From a virus (lineage: Duplodnaviria; Heunggongvirae; Uroviricota; Caudoviricetes), in the IMG/VR virus record IMGVR_UViG_3300013426_000013, positions 61,580 to 125,579 of that record: a stretch of 64,000 bases of DNA. One strand, given 5' to 3'. Positions 52,919 to 62,610 of this stretch are shown here, piece after piece. The notes below the pieces were generated by a model, which worked only from the letters and a program-made list of their open reading frames with translations, ran no database searches and was not told where the DNA came from. Every line of letters starts with the position of its first letter. The stretch's first letter is position 1. The translations under genes were made by a program, and so were the position numbers.

Positions 52919-54379
52919 ATGATTGATTTAAGCATTAAGAAACTTCTAGATGTTAAAAAAGATATTCGTGATGCAATTGAAGAAAAAGGTGTTACAATTG
53001 CTGACGATAGCAATTTTGAAGAATATTCAAAACATATTCAAAAAATCTCTGGAAGTGGCGGAAGTGACCTTGAAACTTCAACATTCAATAATGTTTTGAA
53101 CAATTCATCTAATAAAGTAAATGTTGAAGATAAAGTCTTTTTGAATCATGTTAATGCTTTAAGTGGTGAAGGGTCCTGTATCTCTGATAAAGATGATTTT
53201 AAAACATCATATCCTAGAATTTTATCCGCAGATGGAAATTTTGTTTATGCACCAAATGCTATGCAACAGTTATCATACGTTAAGTTAGACGGTTTAAAAG
53301 CTAAAGATTTTTCTACTGTTACACGTACTTTGGGTTTGCGTGATTTGGCATTTGGACCAAATGGTGAATTGTTGACATGCAATTTAAGATATACTTCTGG
53401 ATCCAATACTTCGGAAGAATACCGTTGCGATTCAAGGTATTGGAAAGAATATATTTCTTATCATGCTGGAGGTGGATATATAGGTGAAGACATTTACGTC
53501 TTGCAATCAGACAATAAAAATTATGTCATTAAAAAAGACCTTGAAACAGGAAAGAATCTAAAACAGTGGTTAATTGAAGACGTTGATTGGTCTTACGCTA
53601 ACTATAAAGCTCAATGTATTGCATTGTATGAAAATGATAAATTATATGTTTATGATTTTAAAGCAAATATTGTCGCTATAATTGATGAAAATACTGATAC
53701 AGTTACAAAAGAAAACATTAATGTATCCAAGCTGCAAGAAATTAATATTCGACCTGTTGCTATAACAAACGATCACAAATTTATTATTTGTAAAAGTACA
53801 AACTCTTCTTCTGAAAGATTACGTTGCATTAGACGTGATTCTATTAACTCTTTTACGGAACTATCAGATTTAGAATCAGGCAAATTACAAATGCAAAACA
53901 AATTTGCTAATCTAAATTATTTGTTCTTTTTTAATCGTTTCAATCAAATTTTATCAATAAAATATCAGCAAAAAGACAAATACCTAATTTTGCAATATAC
54001 TGGTTGTGACGAAAACAATTTACCAATTTTTAATGAAATCAAATTGTCAAAACCTGATGCATTTAACAGCGATGAATACTCTTTCACATCAGATGATATT
54101 CCATTCACTTTTGATGCTACTGGAACAAAAGTTGTGTATGCGTTGCAAAAAAACGATGGCGATTTTAATTATGTTATTGTACAGTCTTTAGAAGATCGTT
54201 CACAGTTTGAGATTGTTGACTCTGATTTATGCAACTCAACAAGTATTCAAGGAATTGTTCAAAAAGCTGCTGAAACAGGTGCAATGACAAAAGTTAAAGC
54301 TTATAAAATGAAAGAAGCTACTGCAACAGTGACAACAAATATCAATGCTGAAATCGAAATCGTTGGGGGAATTCAATAA
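52919..54379 (+). CDS. structural protein (tail/baseplate-like)
   Basis: 486 aa, Asn/Ser/Thr-rich, translationally coupled (ATAATG) to the next gene. Confidence 0.5.
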   Translation: MIDLSIKKLLDVKKDIRDAIEEKGVTIADDSNFEEYSKHIQKISGSGGSDLETSTFNNVLNNSSNKVNVEDKVFLNHVNALSGEGSCISDKDDFKTSYPRILSADGNFVYAPNAMQQLSYVKLDGLKAKDFSTVTRTLGLRDLAFGPNGELLTCNLRYTSGSNTSEEYRCDSRYWKEYISYHAGGGYIGEDIYVLQSDNKNYVIKKDLETGKNLKQWLIEDVDWSYANYKAQCIALYENDKLYVYDFKANIVAIIDENTDTVTKENINVSKLQEINIRPVAITNDHKFIICKSTNSSSERLRCIRRDSINSFTELSDLESGKLQMQNKFANLNYLFFFNRFNQILSIKYQQKDKYLILQYTGCDENNLPIFNEIKLSKPDAFNSDEYSFTSDDIPFTFDATGTKVVYALQKNDGDFNYVIVQSLEDRSQFEIVDSDLCNSTSIQGIVQKAAETGAMTKVKAYKMKEATATVTTNINAEIEIVGGIQ

Positions 54380-56001
54380 TGTCAGAATTAGTTAAAAACG
54401 TTTATAGTAATTATCCGTTTATTGTGAAAGCTAAATCACGTGGTTATTATGATTACAGATCAACTCAAACTATTGTCGATTCAAGCAATATTGTTTTAGA
54501 CATGAAGAAATTTGAAGGACTTGAAACATCCTTAACTGAAACAGACAATTACCCATTAATTGTTTCTACAAAAGAACATACATTGCCGAATTGGCATTTT
54601 ATTGATGACACAAAAAATGTGTTTATGAATGTTGGTAAAAACTATAAAAGCATCGGTGAATATAAAAACAATTACTATTTAATTAATAATGGTTGTACTG
54701 AATCTGAAGGTGTTTATTCCGGATTTAATAGTAGTGAAAACAAATTAACATTGAACAAAAAGTTTCCTTCAGATATGACATCAATGGAAATTGTGACAAA
54801 AGCAATGTTTACAGAAAATGGGTCTCACTCAACATTGTTTGGAAGAAATTCTGGCAATGATGGAACTATTATCATTCGTAATAATAGCGGATTTAAATTT
54901 GGGTATTATCACGGGAGCTGGACTTGGGAGTCTTCCGCGCCAGAAGTCGAATTGAATAAATGGCACTGGTTTAAAGTGATATGGGACGGAACAAATTTAA
55001 CTGGATATATGCTTGAAGATAATTCTTATACTTTAGACGCTTTGCCAGAAATATCTTCATGGTCTCAATGTTGGCAATCAACTGATAATATATTTACAGG
55101 AAATTCTTTTGATATAGGATATAATAAGAATTTAACTGGCGAATATTGTAAAGGAAGCATTGATTTAGCAAATACTAAAATCGTTGTTAATGATGATTTA
55201 TTTTTTGCATATAATCAACAAACATTGGTTAAATATAACTTAAACGGTTGTTTGTACAATTATACTGATACAGGTGTTGCTGATACATTAAATATGTTTA
55301 GCGTTGAAAAAGACAATCAAGACACTGCTATTATTTTAACGAAAGAAGAATCACCGACAATTGAAAACAGTGTCGTAACATATTTAGGTCAAACCAATGT
55401 TCCTGAACATAAAGTGTATAGTTATTCAGAAGTCGATGGTTATGAACCTTTTGATGTAACTTTGGTAGGAACAGATGCAACCTACGATATATCAACATAC
55501 CAGTTCAATGGATCAAAAGCGTCTGAAAGCTATCTTAAACTTAATTATGATTTGAAAGAATCTGATAATTTAGAGATCATAACAAAAGTTAAATTTAATG
55601 ACGTCAGTTCGTCAGCAGCTGTTTTTTGTTCAAGTACAAATGTTTGGTGGATTGGAGAAACTCGTGGAAAGTTTGGTGGATATTTAAATGGCTCTAAAAC
55701 AAGCAATTTTACATTGGAAGCCAATAAAACATATTGGTTAAAAATTGTCGAGGATGGATTAAACTTGAAACTGTACGCTGTAGAAGATGATAATTATTCA
55801 ATTAACAACGTTCCATTTGGAGATGCTGTCTATACAAGTAGCCGTTATGGGTTGACTAAAAATGGATTTGTCTTCGGTGCAAATATTGGCTATAATAGTG
55901 AAAACCTTGACGGCACAATTTACTTAAAAGATTCTAAATTCGTAGTTAACGATGAAGCAATATTTGGTAATGTTGTCGTTGGTAACTGGGTTAAAAAGTA
56001 A
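54379..56001 (+). CDS. structural protein with two internally repeated lectin-like (LamG/ConA-like) modules
   Basis: 540 aa. An internal repeat is visible (GTNLTGYMLEDNSYTLDALP ... FDIGYNKNL versus LNLKLYAVEDDNYSINNVPFG ... ANIGYNSENL). Confidence 0.5.
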   Translation: MSELVKNVYSNYPFIVKAKSRGYYDYRSTQTIVDSSNIVLDMKKFEGLETSLTETDNYPLIVSTKEHTLPNWHFIDDTKNVFMNVGKNYKSIGEYKNNYYLINNGCTESEGVYSGFNSSENKLTLNKKFPSDMTSMEIVTKAMFTENGSHSTLFGRNSGNDGTIIIRNNSGFKFGYYHGSWTWESSAPEVELNKWHWFKVIWDGTNLTGYMLEDNSYTLDALPEISSWSQCWQSTDNIFTGNSFDIGYNKNLTGEYCKGSIDLANTKIVVNDDLFFAYNQQTLVKYNLNGCLYNYTDTGVADTLNMFSVEKDNQDTAIILTKEESPTIENSVVTYLGQTNVPEHKVYSYSEVDGYEPFDVTLVGTDATYDISTYQFNGSKASESYLKLNYDLKESDNLEIITKVKFNDVSSSAAVFCSSTNVWWIGETRGKFGGYLNGSKTSNFTLEANKTYWLKIVEDGLNLKLYAVEDDNYSINNVPFGDAVYTSSRYGLTKNGFVFGANIGYNSENLDGTIYLKDSKFVVNDEAIFGNVVVGNWVKK

Positions 56002-56060
56002 AACTCTAAACAATTCTAAACTATCATAAATTTTATGATAGTTTAGAATATTGGGTTATT

Positions 56061-56762
56061 TTAATCTAAATCATTTATCATATTCATGATCTTTTTATTC
56101 AAACCATGGTCTCTAACAACTAAAAACTCATTATTATTTCTTTTAACAACACCCAAGTTAGAAATCGCAGAATTATCAATTAAATCAGCAATAAACATAG
56201 CATCAGGTTTTTCAGTATATAAATAGTTAGAAAATTCTTGAATAAATTTATTTTTCTTGATAACATCATCATAATTATTGTGTAATTTAGCTAACTCATC
56301 TTTATTCAAATTAGCCGAAATAAATTCTTTATCATATTTTCTTGTAAAATAAATGTCTCCAAGAAGATAAAGAATTTTTCCGAAATCACTATGGGATATT
56401 CCTGTTAATTCTTTAAATTTTGATCTTGAAACATCTTTAGCGTATTCGCATTCTATCCAACTAAAATCATCAGCATGCCTATAAATTTTTGTAAAAATTT
56501 TATAATTAGCTTTCTTTTTATCGCATTCAAATTCATTTTGTTTGATACCAATTTCATTAAAAGCTAATTTTAAAACATGATTCATTTTTGGTAAATAAAA
56601 ACTTATACGAGTTGTACCTTTTCCAACAATTTTCAAAAATTTTTTACAATATTTTATTTTATCAGATAATTCTTTTTTAGAATTTAGCTCTGCAATGGAA
56701 AACATTGACTCTAAAAGTGTTTGAAATATTTCTTGTCTAAAGATTTCAATTAAATCACACAT
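56061..56762 (-). CDS. hypothetical protein
   Basis: 233 aa. Confidence 0.45.
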   Translation of the reverse strand: MCDLIEIFRQEIFQTLLESMFSIAELNSKKELSDKIKYCKKFLKIVGKGTTRISFYLPKMNHVLKLAFNEIGIKQNEFECDKKKANYKIFTKIYRHADDFSWIECEYAKDVSRSKFKELTGISHSDFGKILYLLGDIYFTRKYDKEFISANLNKDELAKLHNNYDDVIKKNKFIQEFSNYLYTEKPDAMFIADLIDNSAISNLGVVKRNNNEFLVVRDHGLNKKIMNMINDLD

Positions 56763-56878
56763 TCTAAACCTATTAAAATAAATTTAATTGTTCAATATAG
56801 AACTTTTTATTTAATTGAAAATTTATCTTTAATGAAGTTTAATTGTCTTTCAAATGACTATATAGTAAGCTAAATAAA

Positions 56879-56907
56879 AAAGGGCAGGTAATTTACCCGC
56901 CCTTTTC
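56879..56907. terminator. bidirectional rho-independent terminator
   Basis: AGGGCAGGTAA-ttt-ACCCGCCCTTTT downstream of the minus gene 56914-57222. Confidence 0.6.
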
Positions 56908-56913
56908 TCTATG

Positions 56914-57222
56914 TTACGTCAATTTCACAAATTTGCCATTACGAACAATATATGCAACAGGTTTTTTCTTTTTTGCCTTAACAATAAAGATAAACCCATC
57001 TTTATTCATATCAACAAACTCTTTAGCCTGTTTCAATGAACCGTAAACAGGAAATGTATCGTCATCGTCAATCTCGATTACATCCCCCAAAATATGGTCA
57101 ATATCCTGAAAAGCAAACTGATAAAAGTCAGATGCAAATTCATCAACATCAGTTGCTTTCAAAAACATTTCTTTCAAATATTCGATCAGATCACGCGGTG
57201 TATTAAATGTAGGTTTTGTCAT
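56914..57222 (-). CDS. hypothetical protein
   Basis: 102 aa. Confidence 0.45.
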   Translation of the reverse strand: MTKPTFNTPRDLIEYLKEMFLKATDVDEFASDFYQFAFQDIDHILGDVIEIDDDDTFPVYGSLKQAKEFVDMNKDGFIFIVKAKKKKPVAYIVRNGKFVKLT

Positions 57223-57352
57223 TCTGAGTTCCTTTTGTTAAACCAATGAACATAAATTAAAATAAATGCGCATATTTGTCAAGCTTTATTTACATCACTT
57301 TCTAAAAAACTTTCATCACGTTCTTTTATAAAGATTTTGAAAACAAACAGGT

Positions 57353-59314
57353 GTGAATATGAGCATTCGTGTTAATGGTAAAATTATTGCAAGTAACGGT
57401 GATATTAAAACAGAAGTATCAACAGATAATCTTGTTACTCTTGATACGAATCAAACTATTACTTCCTCAAAAACTTTTACAATCGAACCTTTAAAGAAAT
57501 CAACAACTGTTGATATTACCGTCGAAAACCCTGAAACTTATCAACAAAATGATGCTTTTCGTGTTCAAGATAAAAACGGAAAAGATATGGGGTGGTTTGG
57601 TTGTGGACAATTAACATCTGGCGAAATTCATACAACTATTCATTCGAAAAACAAGGATGGCTATAGTTCAATTGTAGCCGCTTGCGTTCCTCAATCCGGT
57701 ACGACAGGTGCTTATGCCTATGCTCCAAACACACCAGAAAATGCCCCTGATAATGCAATTGTTACCGTGGATTATGTGAAAGACAAGTCTGGGTCTTTGT
57801 CTATTATGGATGTCGTCTTCGCTCCTTTGGGTATTGATGAATCCAAGAACAAACGTCGGTATCTGAATGGTCAGGTAATTATTCAATCACAGTTCCCTGC
57901 ATTTACGTCAGCAGTCAAGGCTCGCATGACCACTATGGCTAATGCGTTCACGACTGAAACAAACTGGCAAGCTGAGAAGACTAACAGCAAACTGGGTCAA
58001 TGCGGCAAGTTCGTTGTTGATGACACTGCTGGTACAATCAGATTACCGTGTGTGGTTAATGCACAAGGGTTGACTGACTTGGCTCAGATTGGCGGGATTA
58101 AGAGTGAGAGCTTGCCGAATATAACGGGTGAAGTCGGTTACGCGGGCGATTTAGGTTTTCTTGACGCAGATGTTACAAGAATTAGCGGAGCGTTCAAGAA
58201 AGGACAGACGACGATTGCCGCGCCTGTTGGGCAGAACAAGAGCAGTTACGCTTTGGGTTTCGACGCATCTCTCTCCTCTTCCACCTATCAAGACAACGCC
58301 CCTGTTCAGCAAGAAGCAATCCAGTATCCGTATGTGATTGTCGTTAATACAGGTGTTGAGGAAGCTGAACGTCCTATCAATAACTATCAGGTCAACAATG
58401 TCTATTCCTATGGTATGTCGCAATACTATAATGGTGATATGAACAACCTGTCTTGGCTCAAATCTGCGGGTCAATGGAATAGCAGCACTGTCTATGCTGG
58501 TATGTATAACTGGCTGGTTGAACAAGTAAATGCTGGCAAGTCTGGGTTTGTCGCTTCGACTGCTACATACACGGATTACGACTTTGTTATCAATACAACA
58601 GACCAGACTTTCAGATTACCGCTGCTGAATGGGCAGGAAGGTATTTTTGCTGATGGGGTTAAAGGGAATGGATTGACACTTGGGTTGACAGACGGAACTA
58701 ATAATGGTGGTTTGCAATCTATGGTGTACCACTCTAGCGTTACTGATGGTGGTTCACTTCTTGTAAATGAAGCAAACTACACTAAAGCGACAGGGACTGA
58801 AGGTTATAATAGTGGTCCCGGGAATTTATTTGATTCTTTTAAAACATTAGGAATAGCAACAGATTCCTCAAAATCAGGTATGGTTGTTGATAAGACCGTC
58901 CCCTCCGGTTATAACCTCTATTACTACGTTGGTGATACATTACAGAATGCGTCCTTGATTAACGTTGCAAGGATTGAGGAAAAGCTGACTGATGTGAATG
59001 CCGCTTCCCGTGGTTATTTGGTTGAGTCGTATCACAACGGTACTGAATGGTATCGTGTGTATTCAGATGGTTGGATTGAACAAGGGGGACGAGTAGTTTC
59101 AGATGGTACATTAGATTGGAAAATCGCAAGTCTTGTAAGGCCATTTAGTGACAAGAACTACAATATATTGATATCTGGTGACCAGCTTACTGGTGATTCA
59201 GCGGGAACATTCTCAGGACTGGTGCAATACGCCAAGAGTACCAACTCTCAGTTTACATGGTTTTGGAATGCGAATTCAAGCTACGCTATTAACTGGTACG
59301 CTTGCGGATATTAA
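57353..59314 (+). CDS. tail fibre protein (distal/receptor-binding type); higher GC in distal two thirds
   Basis: 653 aa, Gly/Thr/Asn-rich. From about 57700 onward GC content and codon usage shift upward relative to the genome background. Confidence 0.55.
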   Translation: MNMSIRVNGKIIASNGDIKTEVSTDNLVTLDTNQTITSSKTFTIEPLKKSTTVDITVENPETYQQNDAFRVQDKNGKDMGWFGCGQLTSGEIHTTIHSKNKDGYSSIVAACVPQSGTTGAYAYAPNTPENAPDNAIVTVDYVKDKSGSLSIMDVVFAPLGIDESKNKRRYLNGQVIIQSQFPAFTSAVKARMTTMANAFTTETNWQAEKTNSKLGQCGKFVVDDTAGTIRLPCVVNAQGLTDLAQIGGIKSESLPNITGEVGYAGDLGFLDADVTRISGAFKKGQTTIAAPVGQNKSSYALGFDASLSSSTYQDNAPVQQEAIQYPYVIVVNTGVEEAERPINNYQVNNVYSYGMSQYYNGDMNNLSWLKSAGQWNSSTVYAGMYNWLVEQVNAGKSGFVASTATYTDYDFVINTTDQTFRLPLLNGQEGIFADGVKGNGLTLGLTDGTNNGGLQSMVYHSSVTDGGSLLVNEANYTKATGTEGYNSGPGNLFDSFKTLGIATDSSKSGMVVDKTVPSGYNLYYYVGDTLQNASLINVARIEEKLTDVNAASRGYLVESYHNGTEWYRVYSDGWIEQGGRVVSDGTLDWKIASLVRPFSDKNYNILISGDQLTGDSAGTFSGLVQYAKSTNSQFTWFWNANSSYAINWYACGY

Positions 59315-59326
59315 GGAGATACGACA

Positions 59327-59668
59327 ATGAAACTGAACAAACCTTACACAAACACTCAGTATGCTGACCTTGCTGTTTATTGCAACAAGAACGGCTTAGT
59401 CATTGAAGATAAAGGTGATTATCTGGAAGCTGTCAATCCACCCGAACCGACTGATGAAGAAAAGCAGACTCGTGTAAGACAGGTCAGAAACCAGTATTTA
59501 CAAGATACGGATAAATATATCGCCCTGTCCGATTTCCCTATCACCGATGAGGAACGTGAGCTGTATAAAGCGTATAGAGTTTATTTGCGTGATTATCCTG
59601 AAACAGAAAATTGGTTCAAAACCGATCCGATGACGTTTGAGGAATGGCAGAAAGAAACCACGAATTGA
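59327..59668 (+). CDS. small tail-fibre-associated protein (assembly/chaperone-like), paralog 1
   Basis: 113 aa directly downstream of the fibre gene with the same elevated GC. Ends ... YLRDYPETENWFKTDPMTFEEWQ. Confidence 0.45.
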   Translation: MKLNKPYTNTQYADLAVYCNKNGLVIEDKGDYLEAVNPPEPTDEEKQTRVRQVRNQYLQDTDKYIALSDFPITDEERELYKAYRVYLRDYPETENWFKTDPMTFEEWQKETTN

Positions 59669-59686
59669 ATTAAAGGAACTATATAA

Positions 59687-60064
59687 ATGTTTAAAGCACT
59701 TAAAGACAATAAAATTATTGCAGTCAACGAAACTGGTGAATTTCCATGCATGGTTCTTGATACAGTTGAGGAAGATACCGAACACCAGGTTTCGGATTAT
59801 GTCCACTGCAATGGCGAGTTTGTTCTGACAACATCCGACCCTGCGATTGAGCAGTATAAAGAGAACAAACGTTATGAACGGGATGTGATGATTGAAAAAT
59901 ATGAATGGCGTCTATCACGTTATGAACGGCAAAAAGCTATTGGTATAGAAACCACTGATTCTGAAGAAACTTACATTAAGTTATGTCAATATATTCAAGA
60001 GCTGCGTGATCTACCTGAAAAAGATAAATGGTGGGAACTTGAATTAAAAGAGTTTGAATTTTAA
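59687..60064 (+). CDS. small tail-fibre-associated protein, paralog 2
   Basis: 125 aa of similar architecture ( ... LRDLPEKDKWWELELKEF). Confidence 0.45.
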   Translation: MFKALKDNKIIAVNETGEFPCMVLDTVEEDTEHQVSDYVHCNGEFVLTTSDPAIEQYKENKRYERDVMIEKYEWRLSRYERQKAIGIETTDSEETYIKLCQYIQELRDLPEKDKWWELELKEFEF

Positions 60065-60084
60065 CTCAAACAATTAAAAAGATT

Positions 60085-60124
60085 AAGGCAGATAGTGAAT
60101 TAAAATTCTATCTGCCTTTTTGTT
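60085..60124. terminator. bidirectional rho-independent terminator
   Basis: AAGGCAGATAG-tgaattaaaatt-CTATCTGCCTTTTTGTTG between convergent genes. Confidence 0.65.
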
Positions 60125-60142
60125 GAAATGTTTATTTGTTGC

Positions 60143-60385
60143 TTACTCTTTACAGTCCTCTACTCTGAAGCCACAACCATTTTTCCATAAAACTTTTTTT
60201 GGATATAGTTTTAAAGCGTTTTCAATAGCTATTGGTGAAATATCAAACTTAGCACAATTTCTAGAAGCACTTTCCACTCGACGTGTGTAGCTGATAAATT
60301 CTTTCATAGAAACAAATTTATTCGAATTCAATAGCGGAAATAGTACACGTTCAGCATCAAAGAATTTTGTCATAAAAACTTTCAA
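60143..60385 (-). CDS. small hypothetical protein
   Basis: 80 aa with an RBS GAGGTTGA on the minus strand. Confidence 0.4.
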   Translation of the reverse strand: MKVFMTKFFDAERVLFPLLNSNKFVSMKEFISYTRRVESASRNCAKFDISPIAIENALKLYPKKVLWKNGCGFRVEDCKE

Positions 60386-60454
60386 CCTCGTTTTTCTTAA
60401 ATGTAATCTTATTTTAAGATTACATAATTCATCCTTAAAATCAAGGATAAAATT

Positions 60455-61108
60455 TTATATTGTCCTGATCTCAACCCAACCAGATTGTCCAGTAGCACCA
60501 CCCGCTTTTGTTGATGCATTTGTTCCACTTCCGCCAGCGCCTGGACCTGTTAAAGTCCCATCAACGATCGAATACCCGCCGTGACCACCAGCAACCCAAC
60601 CGTCACCAACATTTCCGGCTATGTTTTTAATCACTATAAATCCAGAATTATAACCTGAACAAGCTTCACCAGCCTTTTGAGCTTCAGCAGAGATGTGTCG
60701 TTGTGCCCCACCACCATAACCTCCTCCGATTGAACACAAACCTTCTATTGTGGTTGTTCCCCCACGACAAGCAATACCAGAATTTGAGGTGTTTCGGTTA
60801 CCGTTTGAACCGCCAGCCCCCACGGTAATATTAAGAACTGTTCCTTTAGATAATTTAATTTGCCCGATAAACACACCACTCGAGCCACCAGAAGCAGTAC
60901 AACCGCCGCCACCTCCACCGACAACCGTGATACGATAGTTTTGTGATGTAGGAATTGTGTAACTATAAGTCCCTGCTGTACGTGTAGAAAATAAGACAGT
61001 GTTCACAGGTAGAATCTTAAACATTAATGTAGAAGCATGATAAACTTTTCCAATATTTCGACTACATTTAATGGTACTAATCGATTTGTTTCCTTTATAT
61101 ATTGGCAT
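60455..61108 (-). CDS. glycine-rich structural protein family, member
   Basis: 217 aa with MPIYKGNKS ... TYSYTIPTSQNYRITVVGGGGGGCTASGGSSG. Confidence 0.55.
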   Translation of the reverse strand: MPIYKGNKSISTIKCSRNIGKVYHASTLMFKILPVNTVLFSTRTAGTYSYTIPTSQNYRITVVGGGGGGCTASGGSSGVFIGQIKLSKGTVLNITVGAGGSNGNRNTSNSGIACRGGTTTIEGLCSIGGGYGGGAQRHISAEAQKAGEACSGYNSGFIVIKNIAGNVGDGWVAGGHGGYSIVDGTLTGPGAGGSGTNASTKAGGATGQSGWVEIRTI

Positions 61109-61177
61109 AGTTTAATTAATCTTTCAGAGTGTTAATGATAGCTAAAGTTTTAAAAATACATAATTTAAGAACATTGA

Positions 61178-61187
61178 ATCGTACGAC
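61178..61187. promoter_or_regulatory. ATCGTACGAC element, copy 6
   Basis: TTGAATCGTACGACTGTTTTTATAAAA in a divergent intergenic region. Confidence 0.45.
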
Positions 61188-61217
61188 TGTTTTTATAAAA
61201 ATTGAAATTTAATATGT

Positions 61218-61227
61218 ATCGTACGAA
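61218..61227. promoter_or_regulatory. ATCGTACGAA element, copy 7
   Basis: TATGTATCGTACGAATCGAAGGTCTATAGTT, ~45 nt upstream of the 61272 start. Confidence 0.45.
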
Positions 61228-61271
61228 TCGAAGGTCTATAGTTAAATGGCTCAAGAACGCAGGGAATAGCA

Positions 61272-62525
61272 ATGTCTAACTATCAAATAAATCAATCAGT
61301 TGTTCAAGATTTGCAGACAGACAAAAACACAATAATTGATAAATTTAATTCGAATAGAATTGTGTCAATTCCACAGGATATTGTTATTACATTTGATAGC
61401 GGCGTGTTGACATTGATATCAGGTAGTAAATTGTATGTCCCGAATGGTTTTGAATCAGATGGCACAACACCAAAATTTGATATATTTATTTTGCAAAAAG
61501 ATGTTATATCGACAAGAAATTCATCAGTAAAAGAGTTTTATATGTATGAAACAAAGAATGATGTAATATCTCAATGGGGTAATTCAAGTTTTTGCATAAT
61601 TAGTTCAGGAACGACAGCGCCAACAGGAAAAACTTTTATGTGCTGGTATGACTTGAATGATAATAAAATTAAAGTAACAAAAGATTCGGGAGCAACATGG
61701 GAAGATCGCGGAATGAGTTTTCCTTTCTGTTTGGCTACATCTAGTGATACAGCAATAAAACAAGTTGATCAATTGTTTAATGGTTTTGGATATATTGGTT
61801 CAACTTGTTATATTCTTCCAGGTGTTACTGGATATATTCCAAAAGGGTTAAATTCAGACGGAACATTAATTAATGAAATAATTACACAAACAAAAGTGTC
61901 TATAACAACTGTTACTTCATCATGGGGTACTGGTTCAGAAACCTTTTTCTTTAATGGTGTTGATAGTTATATTCATCGTGCATCAAAAAATTGTTTTTAT
62001 CAAGCAACGCAACCTATAGTTAAAGATGTTGAAAATTATTGGTTTAACACAGCATCTGGAAAATATTATGAAACAAAAGATTCTGGATTAACATGGACAG
62101 AATTTAAAGCAATTCCAGCATTCACAATTACTTTTGATAATAGTTTAATTACTTCTTTAAAATCTTGTGGTGTACATGAACTAGTTAATTCAAATGCAAC
62201 GAATTTATCTGACTATGGAAGAGAAATTATTTCTGGTTTAGGAAAACCTTCAGACAAATATATTGATCTGACTGTCGGGGCTTCTGGAACGACTTATATT
62301 GCTCCAATGAATGGCTATATTTATTGTAGTGGTCATGCCAATGCTTCACCTGCATATATATCAATTGATATTCCAAACTTACAATATTGTGGAATAAATG
62401 GTAATGAAGGACATGATTTAACAACAAATCAAATAGCATTAAAAATTGGTGATAAATTTACTCTACGCTATAGTAACACAACAATTAATGCTTTTAGGTT
62501 TGTTTATGATGAAGGGTGCTCTTAA
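61272..62525 (+). CDS. tail-fibre-like structural protein, paralog B
   Basis: 417 aa with an N-terminus paralogous to 18774-20096(-) and 62611-63909 (IPQDIVITFDSGVLTLISGSKLYVPNGFESDGTTPKFDIFILQKD). Confidence 0.6.
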   Translation: MSNYQINQSVVQDLQTDKNTIIDKFNSNRIVSIPQDIVITFDSGVLTLISGSKLYVPNGFESDGTTPKFDIFILQKDVISTRNSSVKEFYMYETKNDVISQWGNSSFCIISSGTTAPTGKTFMCWYDLNDNKIKVTKDSGATWEDRGMSFPFCLATSSDTAIKQVDQLFNGFGYIGSTCYILPGVTGYIPKGLNSDGTLINEIITQTKVSITTVTSSWGTGSETFFFNGVDSYIHRASKNCFYQATQPIVKDVENYWFNTASGKYYETKDSGLTWTEFKAIPAFTITFDNSLITSLKSCGVHELVNSNATNLSDYGREIISGLGKPSDKYIDLTVGASGTTYIAPMNGYIYCSGHANASPAYISIDIPNLQYCGINGNEGHDLTTNQIALKIGDKFTLRYSNTTINAFRFVYDEGCS

Positions 62526-62537
62526 ATAGTCTGCTAA

Positions 62538-62547
62538 ATCGTACGAC
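62538..62547. promoter_or_regulatory. ATCGTACGAC element, copy 8
   Basis: CTAAATCGTACGACAGATTTAATAATAAAT, ~65 nt upstream of the 62611 start. Confidence 0.45.
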
Positions 62548-62610
62548 AGATTTAATAATAAATATTTAAATCAATGTTCTTTTTATTAGTTAAAATAAAG
62601 GAGCATTGAC

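Noticed and set aside
57668-59918. Nested ORFs 57668-57886(-), 58151-58525(-), 58959-59144(-), 59498-59806(-), 59637-59828(+) and 59724-59918(-)
   Set aside because: They sit inside the GC-richer tail-fibre and chaperone genes, with no RBS. They are alternative-frame artefacts of elevated GC.
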